Source of the DNA: a virus
Lineage: Duplodnaviria > Heunggongvirae > Uroviricota > Caudoviricetes
DNA: 64,000 nt
Reading direction: 5' to 3' (one strand)
Virus record (IMG/VR): IMGVR_UViG_3300027908_000001
Coordinates: 87,167 to 151,166 of that record
The position numbers and the translations under genes are program-made. How positions within the stretch are numbered: position 1 is the stretch's first letter; every line of letters begins with the position of its first letter. This document shows, one piece after another, positions 26,655 to 35,114 of the stretch. The notes under the pieces were generated by a model. It did no database searches. It was not told the origin of the DNA and saw only the letters and a list, made by a program, of their open reading frames with translations.

Positions 26655-26684
26655 TGTGTAGCGCGAACCGAGCAGGTTTGTCAA
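26655..26684 (-). promoter_or_regulatory. possible promoter with degenerate operator
   Basis: TTGACA-N18-TACACA; GCGCGA-A-CCGAGC at 26661-26673. Confidence 0.5.
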
Positions 26685-27049
26685 CAGGAAACTTTGCGAC
26701 GATGAACTTTTTTCTTCTGCGCGGCGACCATTTCATCAAATGAGTCAAACACTGGGGCCTTCATGTTCAGCTTCCTCCGGTCATAAAGACTCAACCTCTC
26801 GCATATCCGCATCATCTGAGATGGGAGTTCCAATCGTTCTAGCAATATGAGCGCCCCTGCACAGTGCTGGGTGTGCGCGGTCTCCTGCGGTGCGCCATCT
26901 TCGCCATCATAAGCCATGGTCTTGTGGCAGGGGAACTCCGAGCGGACGAGCGATTGCTGAATCTCACGGACGCGTTCGGGTCGAAGATAGGATTGAATAT
27001 CCGAACGGAATGGGCAGTTATCGCACGGGGATGTCAGGCCGTATTCCAT
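26681..27049 (-). CDS. conserved Cys/His phage protein
   Basis: CDNCPFR...FPCHKT...QHCAGA. Confidence 0.7.
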   Translation of the reverse strand: MEYGLTSPCDNCPFRSDIQSYLRPERVREIQQSLVRSEFPCHKTMAYDGEDGAPQETAHTQHCAGALILLERLELPSQMMRICERLSLYDRRKLNMKAPVFDSFDEMVAAQKKKVHRRKVSC

Positions 27050-27052
27050 GCA

Positions 27053-27775
27053 TCACGCAGGCAACAACCGCGCCACGTTCTTGACGAGCAACTCGCGCTT
27101 CTGCTCATCGCCTAGTAACGCATCGAGATTGTTCTTGAGCAGTTCCACCCGCCGGGCGATATCGTTGAGCGCCGCCCAGAGTTCTTCGGTATAGGCGATG
27201 TAGTGGGTCTTGACACCAAAGTTGCTGTGGTCGGTCGATTCCTCCAGACAGGGAATCGAGAAAGGCGTCTTGCCGTGCCAATAGAATTTACGGGAATTCA
27301 ATCGACGTAGAAGCGGCTTGTCACCACGGCCGCTATCGCGCTTGAAATCGTAATGGTCGCTGCCCGCAAAATCCTCGGAATACCATGTGGTGCATTCCAA
27401 CCATTCACCATCCGGTTTCTTAGCCATCCAAGACCGGTCGCAATCCATTCTCAATTCGGCTTTGGTAGTCTCGCTGCGGGCATCATCTTCAAGCGCGCCA
27501 TCATCCTTGCGCTGACCGCCCGGATATGGCTGGCCAAAGTAATCCGAGTTGCCGCTAACTCTCAAGGTGATAACCGGAATCCAGTCCAGCTTGACGCCTT
27601 CCTCGGAAGCCTTGAGAAGCTTCTTGCGGAGATTCTCCAAAGAGACATCCGTGAACCGGGCACCGTTGTACTCGGCAAAGAACTCGCCCGACAGATGCAG
27701 GCGAATCTCGGCGCTCACACTGGTGTACTTAGGATGCGACCAGACTTCAATCTTGCGGCCATTTCCTCGTGCCAT
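27053..27775 (-). CDS. hypothetical protein
   Basis: 240-aa ORF in the tiling. Confidence 0.65.
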   Translation of the reverse strand: MARGNGRKIEVWSHPKYTSVSAEIRLHLSGEFFAEYNGARFTDVSLENLRKKLLKASEEGVKLDWIPVITLRVSGNSDYFGQPYPGGQRKDDGALEDDARSETTKAELRMDCDRSWMAKKPDGEWLECTTWYSEDFAGSDHYDFKRDSGRGDKPLLRRLNSRKFYWHGKTPFSIPCLEESTDHSNFGVKTHYIAYTEELWAALNDIARRVELLKNNLDALLGDEQKRELLVKNVARLLPA

Positions 27776-28453
27776 TTAGTTTGCCTCGACTTTCTGGATG
27801 CGTTTTTGAATTCGGCGGTTGCTCGCCTGCTGCTTCTTGAGTTTGGTCGTATAGAATTTTACCTTGCGAGCGAACACCTTCTCTCGCTCCAAGCCGATAT
27901 GCAGCTTGTGCTCGGGGCTGTTCAGGAGCGCGGCGCGTTCGGCGGCGGAATTTCTTTTGGCCGATTCCCGCACGGCTTCCTTGTGCCGGATGGCGTCGAG
28001 TTCGGCATCGAACTCGGCGCGATGTTTGCGCAGGTAATCGACGGCATCTTCCCATGCCAGTTCACAGCGGAATTCAAACTCCCGCGGCTTGCCTCCACCA
28101 TCGGCGTGACGATGTAAGAATTCATGCGCGGCCAATCCCGTAAGGCATTCCGCCCAATCGTTGACAGTCAACAATGGAAAATCTTCATTGTTGGCATATC
28201 GCGCATAGCGATGCGTGTTGGGAAATCGCGACGGGCTTCCGATTCGTAAAAGCACCCTGCGAAAACTCGCTCTGCCGGAAAACGTCCATTTCGCATTCTG
28301 AACCTTTACGACAAATGCCGATTCCACTCCGGATGTCAACCGGCCCGGCACATCGCAGACGCTGCGCAGCGCCCAGCGTAAGCATAGTTCGACCGCTTCA
28401 TCGCTGTACTGGCTGGTGTTCCGTATCTGGAGCTTGGGGAGTTTTGTTTTCAT
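27776..28453 (-). CDS. HExxH zinc-metallopeptidase-like protein with C-terminal coiled coil
   Basis: LAAHEFLH followed by a downstream E. Confidence 0.6.
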   Translation of the reverse strand: MKTKLPKLQIRNTSQYSDEAVELCLRWALRSVCDVPGRLTSGVESAFVVKVQNAKWTFSGRASFRRVLLRIGSPSRFPNTHRYARYANNEDFPLLTVNDWAECLTGLAAHEFLHRHADGGGKPREFEFRCELAWEDAVDYLRKHRAEFDAELDAIRHKEAVRESAKRNSAAERAALLNSPEHKLHIGLEREKVFARKVKFYTTKLKKQQASNRRIQKRIQKVEAN

Positions 28454-28457
28454 GGTG

Positions 28458-28664
28458 TCAGCTAAATCCGAGAGCCCGACTCAGGTTCCCGAACTCCTTT
28501 TGGATGGACAACGTCAGCGCCTTTCGTTCGGACTGCTTCTCCTTGAATTTGGCATATTCCGCCGGGTGCTTCTGCCGATAGTGCTCACAGAATTCCGAGA
28601 GCACTTGATTGTCATGCAAGTTGAACGTGTCAGAGCAATGCAGGCAGTGATAATCTCTACGCAT
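28458..28664 (-). CDS. small C2H2-like zinc-finger protein
   Basis: CLHC...HYRQKH. Confidence 0.55.
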   Translation of the reverse strand: MRRDYHCLHCSDTFNLHDNQVLSEFCEHYRQKHPAEYAKFKEKQSERKALTLSIQKEFGNLSRALGFS

Positions 28665-29055
28665 TGGCCACCTCGGTTCCGCTGGCCGGTTCCAGTTCGA
28701 GCATCTTCAGCGGCTTGCGGTTGACGTAATCCTGTCCCCACTGATGATAGATGCAGACCATTTGTTTCTGTCCATCAGCCTTGGCTCCTTCGACCGTCGC
28801 GATGAACCGACATGGCTTTCCGTCCTTAGCGGTGCAAGAGCATGGGCGCTCGACCTTGACGCGCGCGGCGTATTGTTTCCCGGCATCGGTCAAGTGAAAG
28901 TCTATGCGTCGATGTCCATCAATCCACTCAATCTTCTCGGACATCAGCCCCTGTCGGACGTGCATCCGATTGTGCGAGGCGACCGCGAGCCCGGCATTGC
29001 TAAGCTGATGCCCGCACAGCCAGCAGGTTCCGGTATTATAAGTTCTTCGGCTCAT
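28657..29055 (-). CDS. zinc-finger hypothetical protein
   Basis: CWLC...HNRMH; start reassigned to MSRRTY at 29055. Confidence 0.6.
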   Translation of the reverse strand: MSRRTYNTGTCWLCGHQLSNAGLAVASHNRMHVRQGLMSEKIEWIDGHRRIDFHLTDAGKQYAARVKVERPCSCTAKDGKPCRFIATVEGAKADGQKQMVCIYHQWGQDYVNRKPLKMLELEPASGTEVANA

Positions 29056-29056
29056 G

Positions 29057-29197
29057 TTATTTTTGCTCCAAGATGGCCGATACGATTCGAGCTTGGGTCG
29101 CGCAGGGATGCACGCTAATCCTGTTGCGAATACAAATCTCGCAGAGGACTTCATACGGCAGCGCCAAGAGCGCATCGCGAATTTGCGTCAGATTCAT
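29057..29197 (-). CDS. 46-aa hypothetical protein
   Basis: Read by hand: MNLTQIRDALLALPYEVLCEICIRN...; preceded by an SAS and a promoter. Confidence 0.65.
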   Translation of the reverse strand: MNLTQIRDALLALPYEVLCEICIRNRISVHPCATQARIVSAILEQK

Positions 29198-29202
29198 TTT
29201 TG

Positions 29203-29213
29203 TCCTATCGGTT
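29203..29213 (-). repeat. start-associated sequence AACCGATAGGA
   Basis: 5 nt upstream of the ATG at 29197. Confidence 0.75.
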
Positions 29214-29230
29214 AAGGTTGTTGTTTCCAT

Positions 29231-29878
29231 CTACACAGGAGTATCGCACAATACTCGATTCGAGTCAACACCTATTTTCATAGCCTCACACCGCTCATCC
29301 CATAAGGCTTGCAGGCCAGACTCCCAATTCACGATGCCCTGATGTTGCCGGTATTCCGTCCAGAGCGGACCGAACACCTGACCGGCCTCGAACCCGTAAA
29401 ACTGCTCGCTGGCAGGCGTCGGCACGCGAATCCGAAAGGGTTCCACCGATTCATCCTCCACCACCCTGCCCATTTTGCTGTCGTACCGCCGGTACTTTTT
29501 CAAGCGCAACTCCAACTGGTTCTTGGTGCCGGGATGATAAATCCAGCCCATCCGAAATCCCCGGAGCCAGTTCAAATCCTTGATTTTCAGTTCCAGCAGG
29601 ATATCGTAGTCAAGCGTAGGCTGGATGTCACCACGTCGATGCGGCATGCCCTCGTGGATAAGCGTCCCGCAGACCGCCGCCCCCAAGGGTTCGAGTTGTC
29701 CGTCGTAACTCCCGTACCGCCAGAATTTCCAGTCCTCGTCCCGTCGGACTTCCCGGCCGATGCCGTAATCCGGTTTGTAGCCGCCCACGATGACGTGGCC
29801 TTCCGCTTCGACCCGCAGGCAGGCTTCCAACAGCCGACCGATGGCGTCAGGGTACAGTTGTTGGAGCGTGAGGTTCAT
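29231..29878 (-). CDS. hypothetical protein
   Basis: Start reassigned to MNLTLQQ at 29878; 3' end overlaps the promoter. Confidence 0.6.
   Translation of the reverse strand: MNLTLQQLYPDAIGRLLEACLRVEAEGHVIVGGYKPDYGIGREVRRDEDWKFWRYGSYDGQLEPLGAAVCGTLIHEGMPHRRGDIQPTLDYDILLELKIKDLNWLRGFRMGWIYHPGTKNQLELRLKKYRRYDSKMGRVVEDESVEPFRIRVPTPASEQFYGFEAGQVFGPLWTEYRQHQGIVNWESGLQALWDERCEAMKIGVDSNRVLCDTPV
29240..29278 (-). promoter_or_regulatory. sigma70 promoter with perfect palindromic operator
   Basis: AAAATAGGTG-TTGACT-N17-GATACT; ACTCGA-T-TCGAGT at 29253-29265. Confidence 0.85.
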
Positions 29879-30200
29879 TGGATTCGGCTTTCGGTGGTAG
29901 AACCAAATATGGCGCGAACACGTCATGCACAAATTCCAGCAGTTCATTGGCTGTGCCAAGTTCGCGTAATTGCAGCTTGAGTTTTTCATCCGCATACCGC
30001 GCGTTCGTCTCTGCAGCGGAAGTACGTGGGCACAAGCCGATGTCCTCTTCTTCAAGGCGCTTGGCTGTGGCGACATCAGCCTTGCAGCGGGCATCATGCC
30101 CCACGGCTTCGCCGTAGTTGTAGGCGGTCTGCTGGTAATGGCGCGTGGCGAGCGTCAGGAGCAGGCGAGTGAGATAGATTTGGCGTTCGTTGGTCATCAT
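29847..30200 (-). CDS. coiled-coil hypothetical protein
   Basis: ATGA-coupled. Confidence 0.55.
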   Translation of the reverse strand: MMTNERQIYLTRLLLTLATRHYQQTAYNYGEAVGHDARCKADVATAKRLEEEDIGLCPRTSAAETNARYADEKLKLQLRELGTANELLEFVHDVFAPYLVLPPKAESNEPHAPTTVP

Positions 30201-30445
30201 CCTCTCCCGTGCATAATCGTTTTGGTATCGCTCGTAATCGCGCCGAGTCGTTTCAGTTCATCCACAATCGATTGCTCTGTTTCGCCATAAGTGATGACGA
30301 TTTGGAGGCCCGGTGGAACCACTGTCCCATGGGTAAGCTCGCTGATGCTCATGGGCTTACCCGCCACGAACCGCTTGACGTTCTCGGCGGTCAGGCCGAG
30401 TAGTAGAAGCGTCTTGCCGTTATCTTGGTTCTTGGCGATGAACAT
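30197..30445 (-). CDS. hypothetical protein
   Basis: Coupled tiling. Confidence 0.6.
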   Translation of the reverse strand: MFIAKNQDNGKTLLLLGLTAENVKRFVAGKPMSISELTHGTVVPPGLQIVITYGETEQSIVDELKRLGAITSDTKTIMHGRG

Positions 30446-30675
30446 TATAGCGGCTCCTGTAAATGAACGACCACGCTAGGGCGAGTGTCGTGCTCAATAT
30501 CATCATAGAACCAGTCCGCTGCCCCTACGAAGCCCTTGATGACTTCGCCGGTGGCATTTGTCACCTTAACGAACTGACCATCGCGCGGCACCACTGCCGG
30601 AGCGTCCTTGAACTTCACGAATTTTTCCTCCCGGCCATTGACCATGTACACGATGGATTTCAATGTGCCAATCAT
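30445..30675 (-). CDS. hypothetical protein
   Basis: Coupled tiling. Confidence 0.6.
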   Translation of the reverse strand: MIGTLKSIVYMVNGREEKFVKFKDAPAVVPRDGQFVKVTNATGEVIKGFVGAADWFYDDIEHDTRPSVVVHLQEPL

Positions 30676-30944
30676 ACGTCCGCCTTTCCCGCCATGTGCA
30701 TTAAGTGTTCACGCCGGTTATACTCAATCATGGTCGAATCGAATACCACCGCCCATTTCTTAATCTGTTCATAGTCCGGCAAGCTGCCGTCGTCGTTACG
30801 GATGTCCAGATAAACGTAGGCCAGTCCTGATACGAACCGGTCACGTACATCCTTGGCCTTGGCCCAGAAATCCAACCGGCCGAACTGCTCGCGCAACCGG
30901 TGGACTTCTTCAAGGAAATACTTCTCGGTGTAGCCGTCGCTCAT
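30672..30944 (-). CDS. hypothetical protein
   Basis: Coupled tiling. Confidence 0.6.
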   Translation of the reverse strand: MSDGYTEKYFLEEVHRLREQFGRLDFWAKAKDVRDRFVSGLAYVYLDIRNDDGSLPDYEQIKKWAVVFDSTMIEYNRREHLMHMAGKADV

Positions 30945-31462
30945 GCCTTCACCACTTTCTGCGTCAGCGGATTTTTATACCCCGGCGCATTGACCACCAG
31001 CCCGCAGAGCAGCTTGATGTACTTGCGGAGGTTCTCGATGCAATTCGGCGCTTGCATAATCTTGTCGAACGTCACGTCCGGGAAATATTCCACCGCGCTG
31101 TCAATGAGCAACCGTTCGGCTGCACGCTGCAATTCCTCAGCCACGCAGGCCGGGCAATGGCCATCCGGCAGCTTGTACCCCATCTCGTTGATGCGGTGTT
31201 GACGTTCAGCGTAGTGGAACACTACATCTGCGCTGTCGAGGTCGGCCAGAAACATGTCCTTGCCATTGGTGATGCGCTCGACCGGTCGGCCATGCTTGCC
31301 AGCCGAGTAAATCGGAAACTTCTGCAAGAGTTCCGTGTCGAGCTTGTCCATCCGTTCGCGTTCGCACAATGCGTAAGCCTTGGCCATCAGCACGGCGTTG
31401 ACCGCGCTGACCAGTTCGCGGCTGGCGGCCTTGGCGTTCTCGATGGTGAGTCCCTTACTCAT
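30941..31462 (-). CDS. hypothetical phage protein
   Basis: SD GGAGG; HCPACVAE motif. Confidence 0.65.
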   Translation of the reverse strand: MSKGLTIENAKAASRELVSAVNAVLMAKAYALCERERMDKLDTELLQKFPIYSAGKHGRPVERITNGKDMFLADLDSADVVFHYAERQHRINEMGYKLPDGHCPACVAEELQRAAERLLIDSAVEYFPDVTFDKIMQAPNCIENLRKYIKLLCGLVVNAPGYKNPLTQKVVKA

Positions 31463-31641
31463 TTGACACCTCCCATGTTCTCGCGGATGACGGCCTCAAG
31501 TTCTTCACGATTGACAAACGGCAGGTAGGGTTTGGGAAACTCTCCCACCGACTTCTGGTCGCTCAGGCGAATCACCTGTATGGTGCTTGGGAACTCCAAG
31601 AGCCCGAATCCTTCCGGCGCGCAGGGATGTTGCACGGTCAT
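31459..31641 (-). CDS. hypothetical protein
   Basis: ATGA overlap start MTVQHP. Confidence 0.5.
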   Translation of the reverse strand: MTVQHPCAPEGFGLLEFPSTIQVIRLSDQKSVGEFPKPYLPFVNREELEAVIRENMGGVK

Positions 31642-32027
31642 GACGCACCGCCTTTCTCCCAGCCGATGGTGATAGCCACGCAACCCGGACCGGCATCGGC
31701 CTTGGTGACTTGAAGTTTCGGACGGCGCACGGCGCGGTATCCGCCCCAGTGCCACTCATTGATGGTGTCCAGCGTCCCGAACGCATGCCCGCGGTGAATC
31801 ACCCCATAAGCCTTGATAGCGAATATCTCGCCTGTGGCGTTCACGACCATGTACTTGCCCGAGTCGCCTACGTCTACGCGGGTGTATTTGTTGCCGTCGT
31901 GACTGTGGACCTGATAGCTCGGAATCTGACCGGCATAACCGGACGCGGTCATGTAGGCGTCGTGGTCACGCTGAATCAAGGCGACGAGCGCCGCGACCTT
32001 GTCTTTGAATTCTTGGGGAGTTGTCAT
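31638..32027 (-). CDS. hypothetical phage protein
   Basis: GNKYTRV...TGEIFAIKAY; preceded by an SAS. Confidence 0.7.
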   Translation of the reverse strand: MTTPQEFKDKVAALVALIQRDHDAYMTASGYAGQIPSYQVHSHDGNKYTRVDVGDSGKYMVVNATGEIFAIKAYGVIHRGHAFGTLDTINEWHWGGYRAVRRPKLQVTKADAGPGCVAITIGWEKGGAS

Positions 32028-32037
32028 TGTGTTTTGT

Positions 32038-32048
32038 TCCTGTCGGTT
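32038..32048 (-). repeat. start-associated sequence AACCGACAGGA
   Basis: 10 nt upstream of the ATG at 32027. Confidence 0.75.
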
Positions 32049-32059
32049 GATGAGTTTGT

Positions 32060-32311
32060 TTAGTGCGTTGCTGCGAATCTACGTGCCTCATTAACACAGT
32101 TCGCCAGATTGTCCCGTCGATTGCCCTCCGCATGTCTCCAGTGGAGCGGCTTGCTGCGAGGAAGTCTCACGCCAGCGCCGCGAATGAATTCGCCTTTGAA
32201 GGCAACACGGTAATGGTCGGCATCGCATTCAAACTCAAAACCCGCCGTCTTGAGTTTTTCCAGCGCTCGCCGATTCTCCTGATGCTGGCTATCTGATATG
32301 TTGTAGCTCAT
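32060..32311 (-). CDS. hypothetical protein
   Basis: Preceded by an SAS. Confidence 0.7.
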   Translation of the reverse strand: MSYNISDSQHQENRRALEKLKTAGFEFECDADHYRVAFKGEFIRGAGVRLPRSKPLHWRHAEGNRRDNLANCVNEARRFAATH

Positions 32312-32318
32312 TTCTCGC

Positions 32319-32329
32319 TCCTATCGGTT
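32319..32329 (-). repeat. start-associated sequence AACCGATAGGA
   Basis: 7 nt upstream of the ATG at 32311. Confidence 0.75.
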
Positions 32330-32335
32330 GATGGT

Positions 32336-32605
32336 TTAGTTTCCGTTGCGCCAGTGAGCGCCCGTGCTGGCCGTCCGGCGGAGTTCGACTGCGAACGATT
32401 CAATTGCTTCCAAGACCTCCCTGATTTGTGCGTGAACCGTGCCGAACCCGGTCATGGCGGCGTAATCGGTCAGTAGCGGGCGCGCCTTGTCGAGGATGAC
32501 GACCGCCTCACCCAAGGCGGCAGTATGGCTCTGGCCCAAGTCCCATTTGCCGGAATACGGCTTCACCTCTACCGAAGCATCCCTGAGTGGCGTTTGAGTT
32601 TTCAT
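32336..32605 (-). CDS. hypothetical protein
   Basis: Preceded by an SAS and an operator promoter. Confidence 0.7.
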   Translation of the reverse strand: MKTQTPLRDASVEVKPYSGKWDLGQSHTAALGEAVVILDKARPLLTDYAAMTGFGTVHAQIREVLEAIESFAVELRRTASTGAHWRNGN

Positions 32606-32611
32606 TCTATT

Positions 32612-32622
32612 TCCTATCGGTT
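32612..32622 (-). repeat. start-associated sequence AACCGATAGGA
   Basis: 6 nt upstream of the ATG at 32605. Confidence 0.75.
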
Positions 32623-32648
32623 AATCGTTGATTTCCTACTACACCCAC

Positions 32649-32677
32649 AGCCTAGCGCACTACTCGAATCGCGTCAA
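32649..32677 (-). promoter_or_regulatory. sigma70 promoter with palindromic operator
   Basis: TTGACG-N17-TAGGCT; ACTCGA-A-TCGCGT at 32662-32674. Confidence 0.8.
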
Positions 32678-32696
32678 CAACTTTCTGCGATTATTT

Positions 32697-32936
32697 TTAG
32701 CGCAGGCAACAGCGCTTGGACTTGAGCAGACTTCCGCACGGGCACAGGTCATTACGCCCGACATCCTTGCAGACCTCCAAGAACGAGCGGTCAAGGAAGT
32801 CCCACCCGCGCCGCACCTGCCCCTTGAGCATCCACGCGACATCTTCCGCGCCGCCGTTCACCCACCACACCAGCAGGTCGGCAAGCTCGGGGTCGGTGGT
32901 CTCTAACGGGATTGGACTATCGAGCGCGTCATCCAT
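32697..32936 (-). CDS. SEC-C motif protein
   Basis: VGRNDLCPCGSLLKSKRCC. Confidence 0.85.
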   Translation of the reverse strand: MDDALDSPIPLETTDPELADLLVWWVNGGAEDVAWMLKGQVRRGWDFLDRSFLEVCKDVGRNDLCPCGSLLKSKRCCLR

Positions 32937-32943
32937 GAGATGG

Positions 32944-32973
32944 ATAGTACGCGATTCGAGCGGCTACGGTCAA
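32944..32973 (-). promoter_or_regulatory. promoter with operator, leaderless geometry
   Basis: TTGACC-N18-TACTAT, 7 nt before the ATG at 32936; ACGCGA-T-TCGAGC at 32949-32961. Confidence 0.65.
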
Positions 32974-33212
32974 GCAGATTTACGGCGGGCGGGACGCTTC
33001 TTGGCGGACAACAGCGGAACGACGATATAGCACAGCGCTTCGTGGTCGGCCATGCCGGTGGATTGATACTTTTTGACGCCTTCGCCGGGATTCTCGGACA
33101 CCAAATATGTCGGCAATTCCCGGTCCAACACAAACCCTTGGCCGTTCTCATCTGTGCCCACAAGAATCTTGCGGGAACAGCGCGGGCAAACCGTTTGTTT
33201 GGTCAGGGACAT
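32970..33212 (-). CDS. zinc-ribbon hypothetical protein
   Basis: CPRC...HEALC. Confidence 0.55.
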   Translation of the reverse strand: MSLTKQTVCPRCSRKILVGTDENGQGFVLDRELPTYLVSENPGEGVKKYQSTGMADHEALCYIVVPLLSAKKRPARRKSA

Positions 33213-33697
33213 GCGGGCTCCGTGGCTTTCATGCTCGACTCGACGGCCAAGGAGGTGATGTAGTCGGTGAGGTCTTTCTTGACGCCCAGCAGGAACATCT
33301 CTGTGACGGGCTGAATCCGGTTGGACATTGCTTCCAATTCATCGAGGTTGATGTCGGTATGCGGCCACCACTTTCGCACCCACTCCATGAACTCATTCGG
33401 GTTGGCATGAAAATACATGTGCGTGTCGGGCAAAAGACTTACCCCGTTGTGGACGGACCAACGCGTGGCGTGGCGCGAGCGAGTGAATATATGCGCTGCG
33501 TCCAGTTTCAAATCGAACGCACCGGATTCCCGGCACCGGTTCTTGTCACGCAGATGGATGGCAGCCTTCCAAAGCTGGTCGCACTCCGATTCCAGCTTGG
33601 CGATTGAGCCCTTCGAGCGATGGCGGAGTTTGCCACTCCTTTTGAGCGACCCAGTTCGCTTGAGTGGACCGCCGCGTTTCAATTCTGTCCGCTTCAT
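33203..33697 (-). CDS. NinG/Rap-like HNH nuclease (Zn cysteines partly lost)
   Basis: CDQLWKAAIHLRDKNRC...DAAHIFTRSRHATRWSVHN...HMYFHANPNEF. Confidence 0.7.
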   Translation of the reverse strand: MKRTELKRGGPLKRTGSLKRSGKLRHRSKGSIAKLESECDQLWKAAIHLRDKNRCRESGAFDLKLDAAHIFTRSRHATRWSVHNGVSLLPDTHMYFHANPNEFMEWVRKWWPHTDINLDELEAMSNRIQPVTEMFLLGVKKDLTDYITSLAVESSMKATEPACP

Positions 33698-33948
33698 CAG
33701 ATATTCGACGCTCCTTCCAGCCGCTTACGTTCTGCTATCAGATTGTTGACCCACTCACGGAACTGTTCATCGCTCATCCGCATTAAGCCCATGGCCATGA
33801 CCTTGCCGATAATCACATCCTTGTCCACCCAGCAGTTCTCGTACATGATGCCGACCACGGCCAGTACCGCCTGTTTCTCGCGCGGCATCTTCCAGAAGTC
33901 GGCAACCTCGTCACCCTGAGCCCGACGGGATTTGTACTCGTCGCCCAT
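33697..33948 (-). CDS. hypothetical protein
   Basis: Coupled tiling. Confidence 0.55.
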   Translation of the reverse strand: MGDEYKSRRAQGDEVADFWKMPREKQAVLAVVGIMYENCWVDKDVIIGKVMAMGLMRMSDEQFREWVNNLIAERKRLEGASNI

Positions 33949-33956
33949 GCCGCCTT

Positions 33957-34256
33957 CTACAATATCAGGTGCGCCCGCATCACTTCTTGGAACTGCTCCG
34001 GCAAGTCAGCCTCGGACCCAGTGAAGACATCGCGCACTTTTCCATCGAATGTGGCAAGCGCAAACGTCGGCTGGTCCACTCCTACATCCGGTACATTCTT
34101 GAGCTTGGCCATCGCCCGGCACCATTTCGAGCCCTTGAGGTGACCGGCCTGCCAGATGACGCGGTGATGGTCGAACGCAAAAATCCAAGCGCCCGCGGCC
34201 ATGCTCCCGTCTGGTGTGTCGCCGGGTACGGTGAACACTGGCTGAATTGGAATCAT
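33957..34256 (-). CDS. hypothetical protein
   Basis: SD AAGGAG. Confidence 0.6.
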   Translation of the reverse strand: MIPIQPVFTVPGDTPDGSMAAGAWIFAFDHHRVIWQAGHLKGSKWCRAMAKLKNVPDVGVDQPTFALATFDGKVRDVFTGSEADLPEQFQEVMRAHLIL

Positions 34257-34268
34257 AAATCAATCTCC

Positions 34269-35114
34269 TTATGGTTTCGCCAGCGCCGGGTTCGGCGTGA
34301 CCAATCGCAGCGACGTGAGGTCGCTCGAACGATTTGGGTCCAAGATGTCCGACAGCGGCACGTAGAAGGAGCCTTTGTCGCCCCACGAAGTTCCCCAGCT
34401 ATTTTCCACGATACCCCACCAAGGAATCGACTTCGCCCACTCTGGCAGCGCCAGCGCCGCGCCTTGGCTGTGTACCTTTTTCAGGTCGTTGGTGTATCCG
34501 TTCAGATACACTTCGTGTCCTCCGACAATGGATTCATCTGTGCCGGGAATGGGAACAATGCCGGTATCAGCCACGGTTTGCGACTCAAAACTCTCACCCA
34601 CGGAAAATCCGTAGGCAATTCCGAGCCCTTGCTGCAAGCAGTAGAACACCTTGCCCGCTCGCTGTTCCATGCCCCAATACTGAAGCAGGCGGTGCTTGGC
34701 TGCGTCATCCCACGCAGACTGCGGAGGGCTGAGCGTGAACTTCGTGATGTCGTATGGCCAGAGTTCCTCTGTGCAAACACCATTGTGTTGCAGCGCATGT
34801 ACGCCGTCAATGCTCATTGCTCCGGCGTCGGAATCAATTGTGCCCTCGCGCATGCGCTCACAAAGATATAGCATCAATCGAGATGGCGTGAACATTGGAG
34901 CACCGGCCTTCAGGAGCGCATACATCAAGGCGCGCGCGAGCGCATTAGCCGTACAGGAACCGAGTTGACCTTGGTCAAAAATAGGCACCGCAGCATTGTT
35001 GCGATTATCCACCACTGGGATGGTTGCAGAATCGGCGTCATTGGTTTCCGTGAATTGCGGCTTGTGCGGCAGACTCGGCCTCCAGCCATATCGCGCTATT
35101 TTTCTGGGTGTCAT
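34269..35114 (-). CDS. papain-like cysteine protease (C1A)
   Basis: DQGQLGSCTANA (Cys), GGHEV (His), VENSWGTSWGDKG (Asn). Confidence 0.93.
   Translation of the reverse strand: MTPRKIARYGWRPSLPHKPQFTETNDADSATIPVVDNRNNAAVPIFDQGQLGSCTANALARALMYALLKAGAPMFTPSRLMLYLCERMREGTIDSDAGAMSIDGVHALQHNGVCTEELWPYDITKFTLSPPQSAWDDAAKHRLLQYWGMEQRAGKVFYCLQQGLGIAYGFSVGESFESQTVADTGIVPIPGTDESIVGGHEVYLNGYTNDLKKVHSQGAALALPEWAKSIPWWGIVENSWGTSWGDKGSFYVPLSDILDPNRSSDLTSLRLVTPNPALAKP

Noticed and set aside
33203-33697. Mobile HNH homing endonuclease
   Set aside because: The pattern fits NinG/Rap recombination nucleases and the gene is coupled within an operon rather than inserted in a target gene
11631-34871. Long plus-strand ORFs such as 11631..12488, 17090..17998, 27353..28117 and 33969..34871
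   Set aside because: They lie antisense to well-supported minus-strand genes, show no family motifs and are expected shadows of GC-rich codon usage
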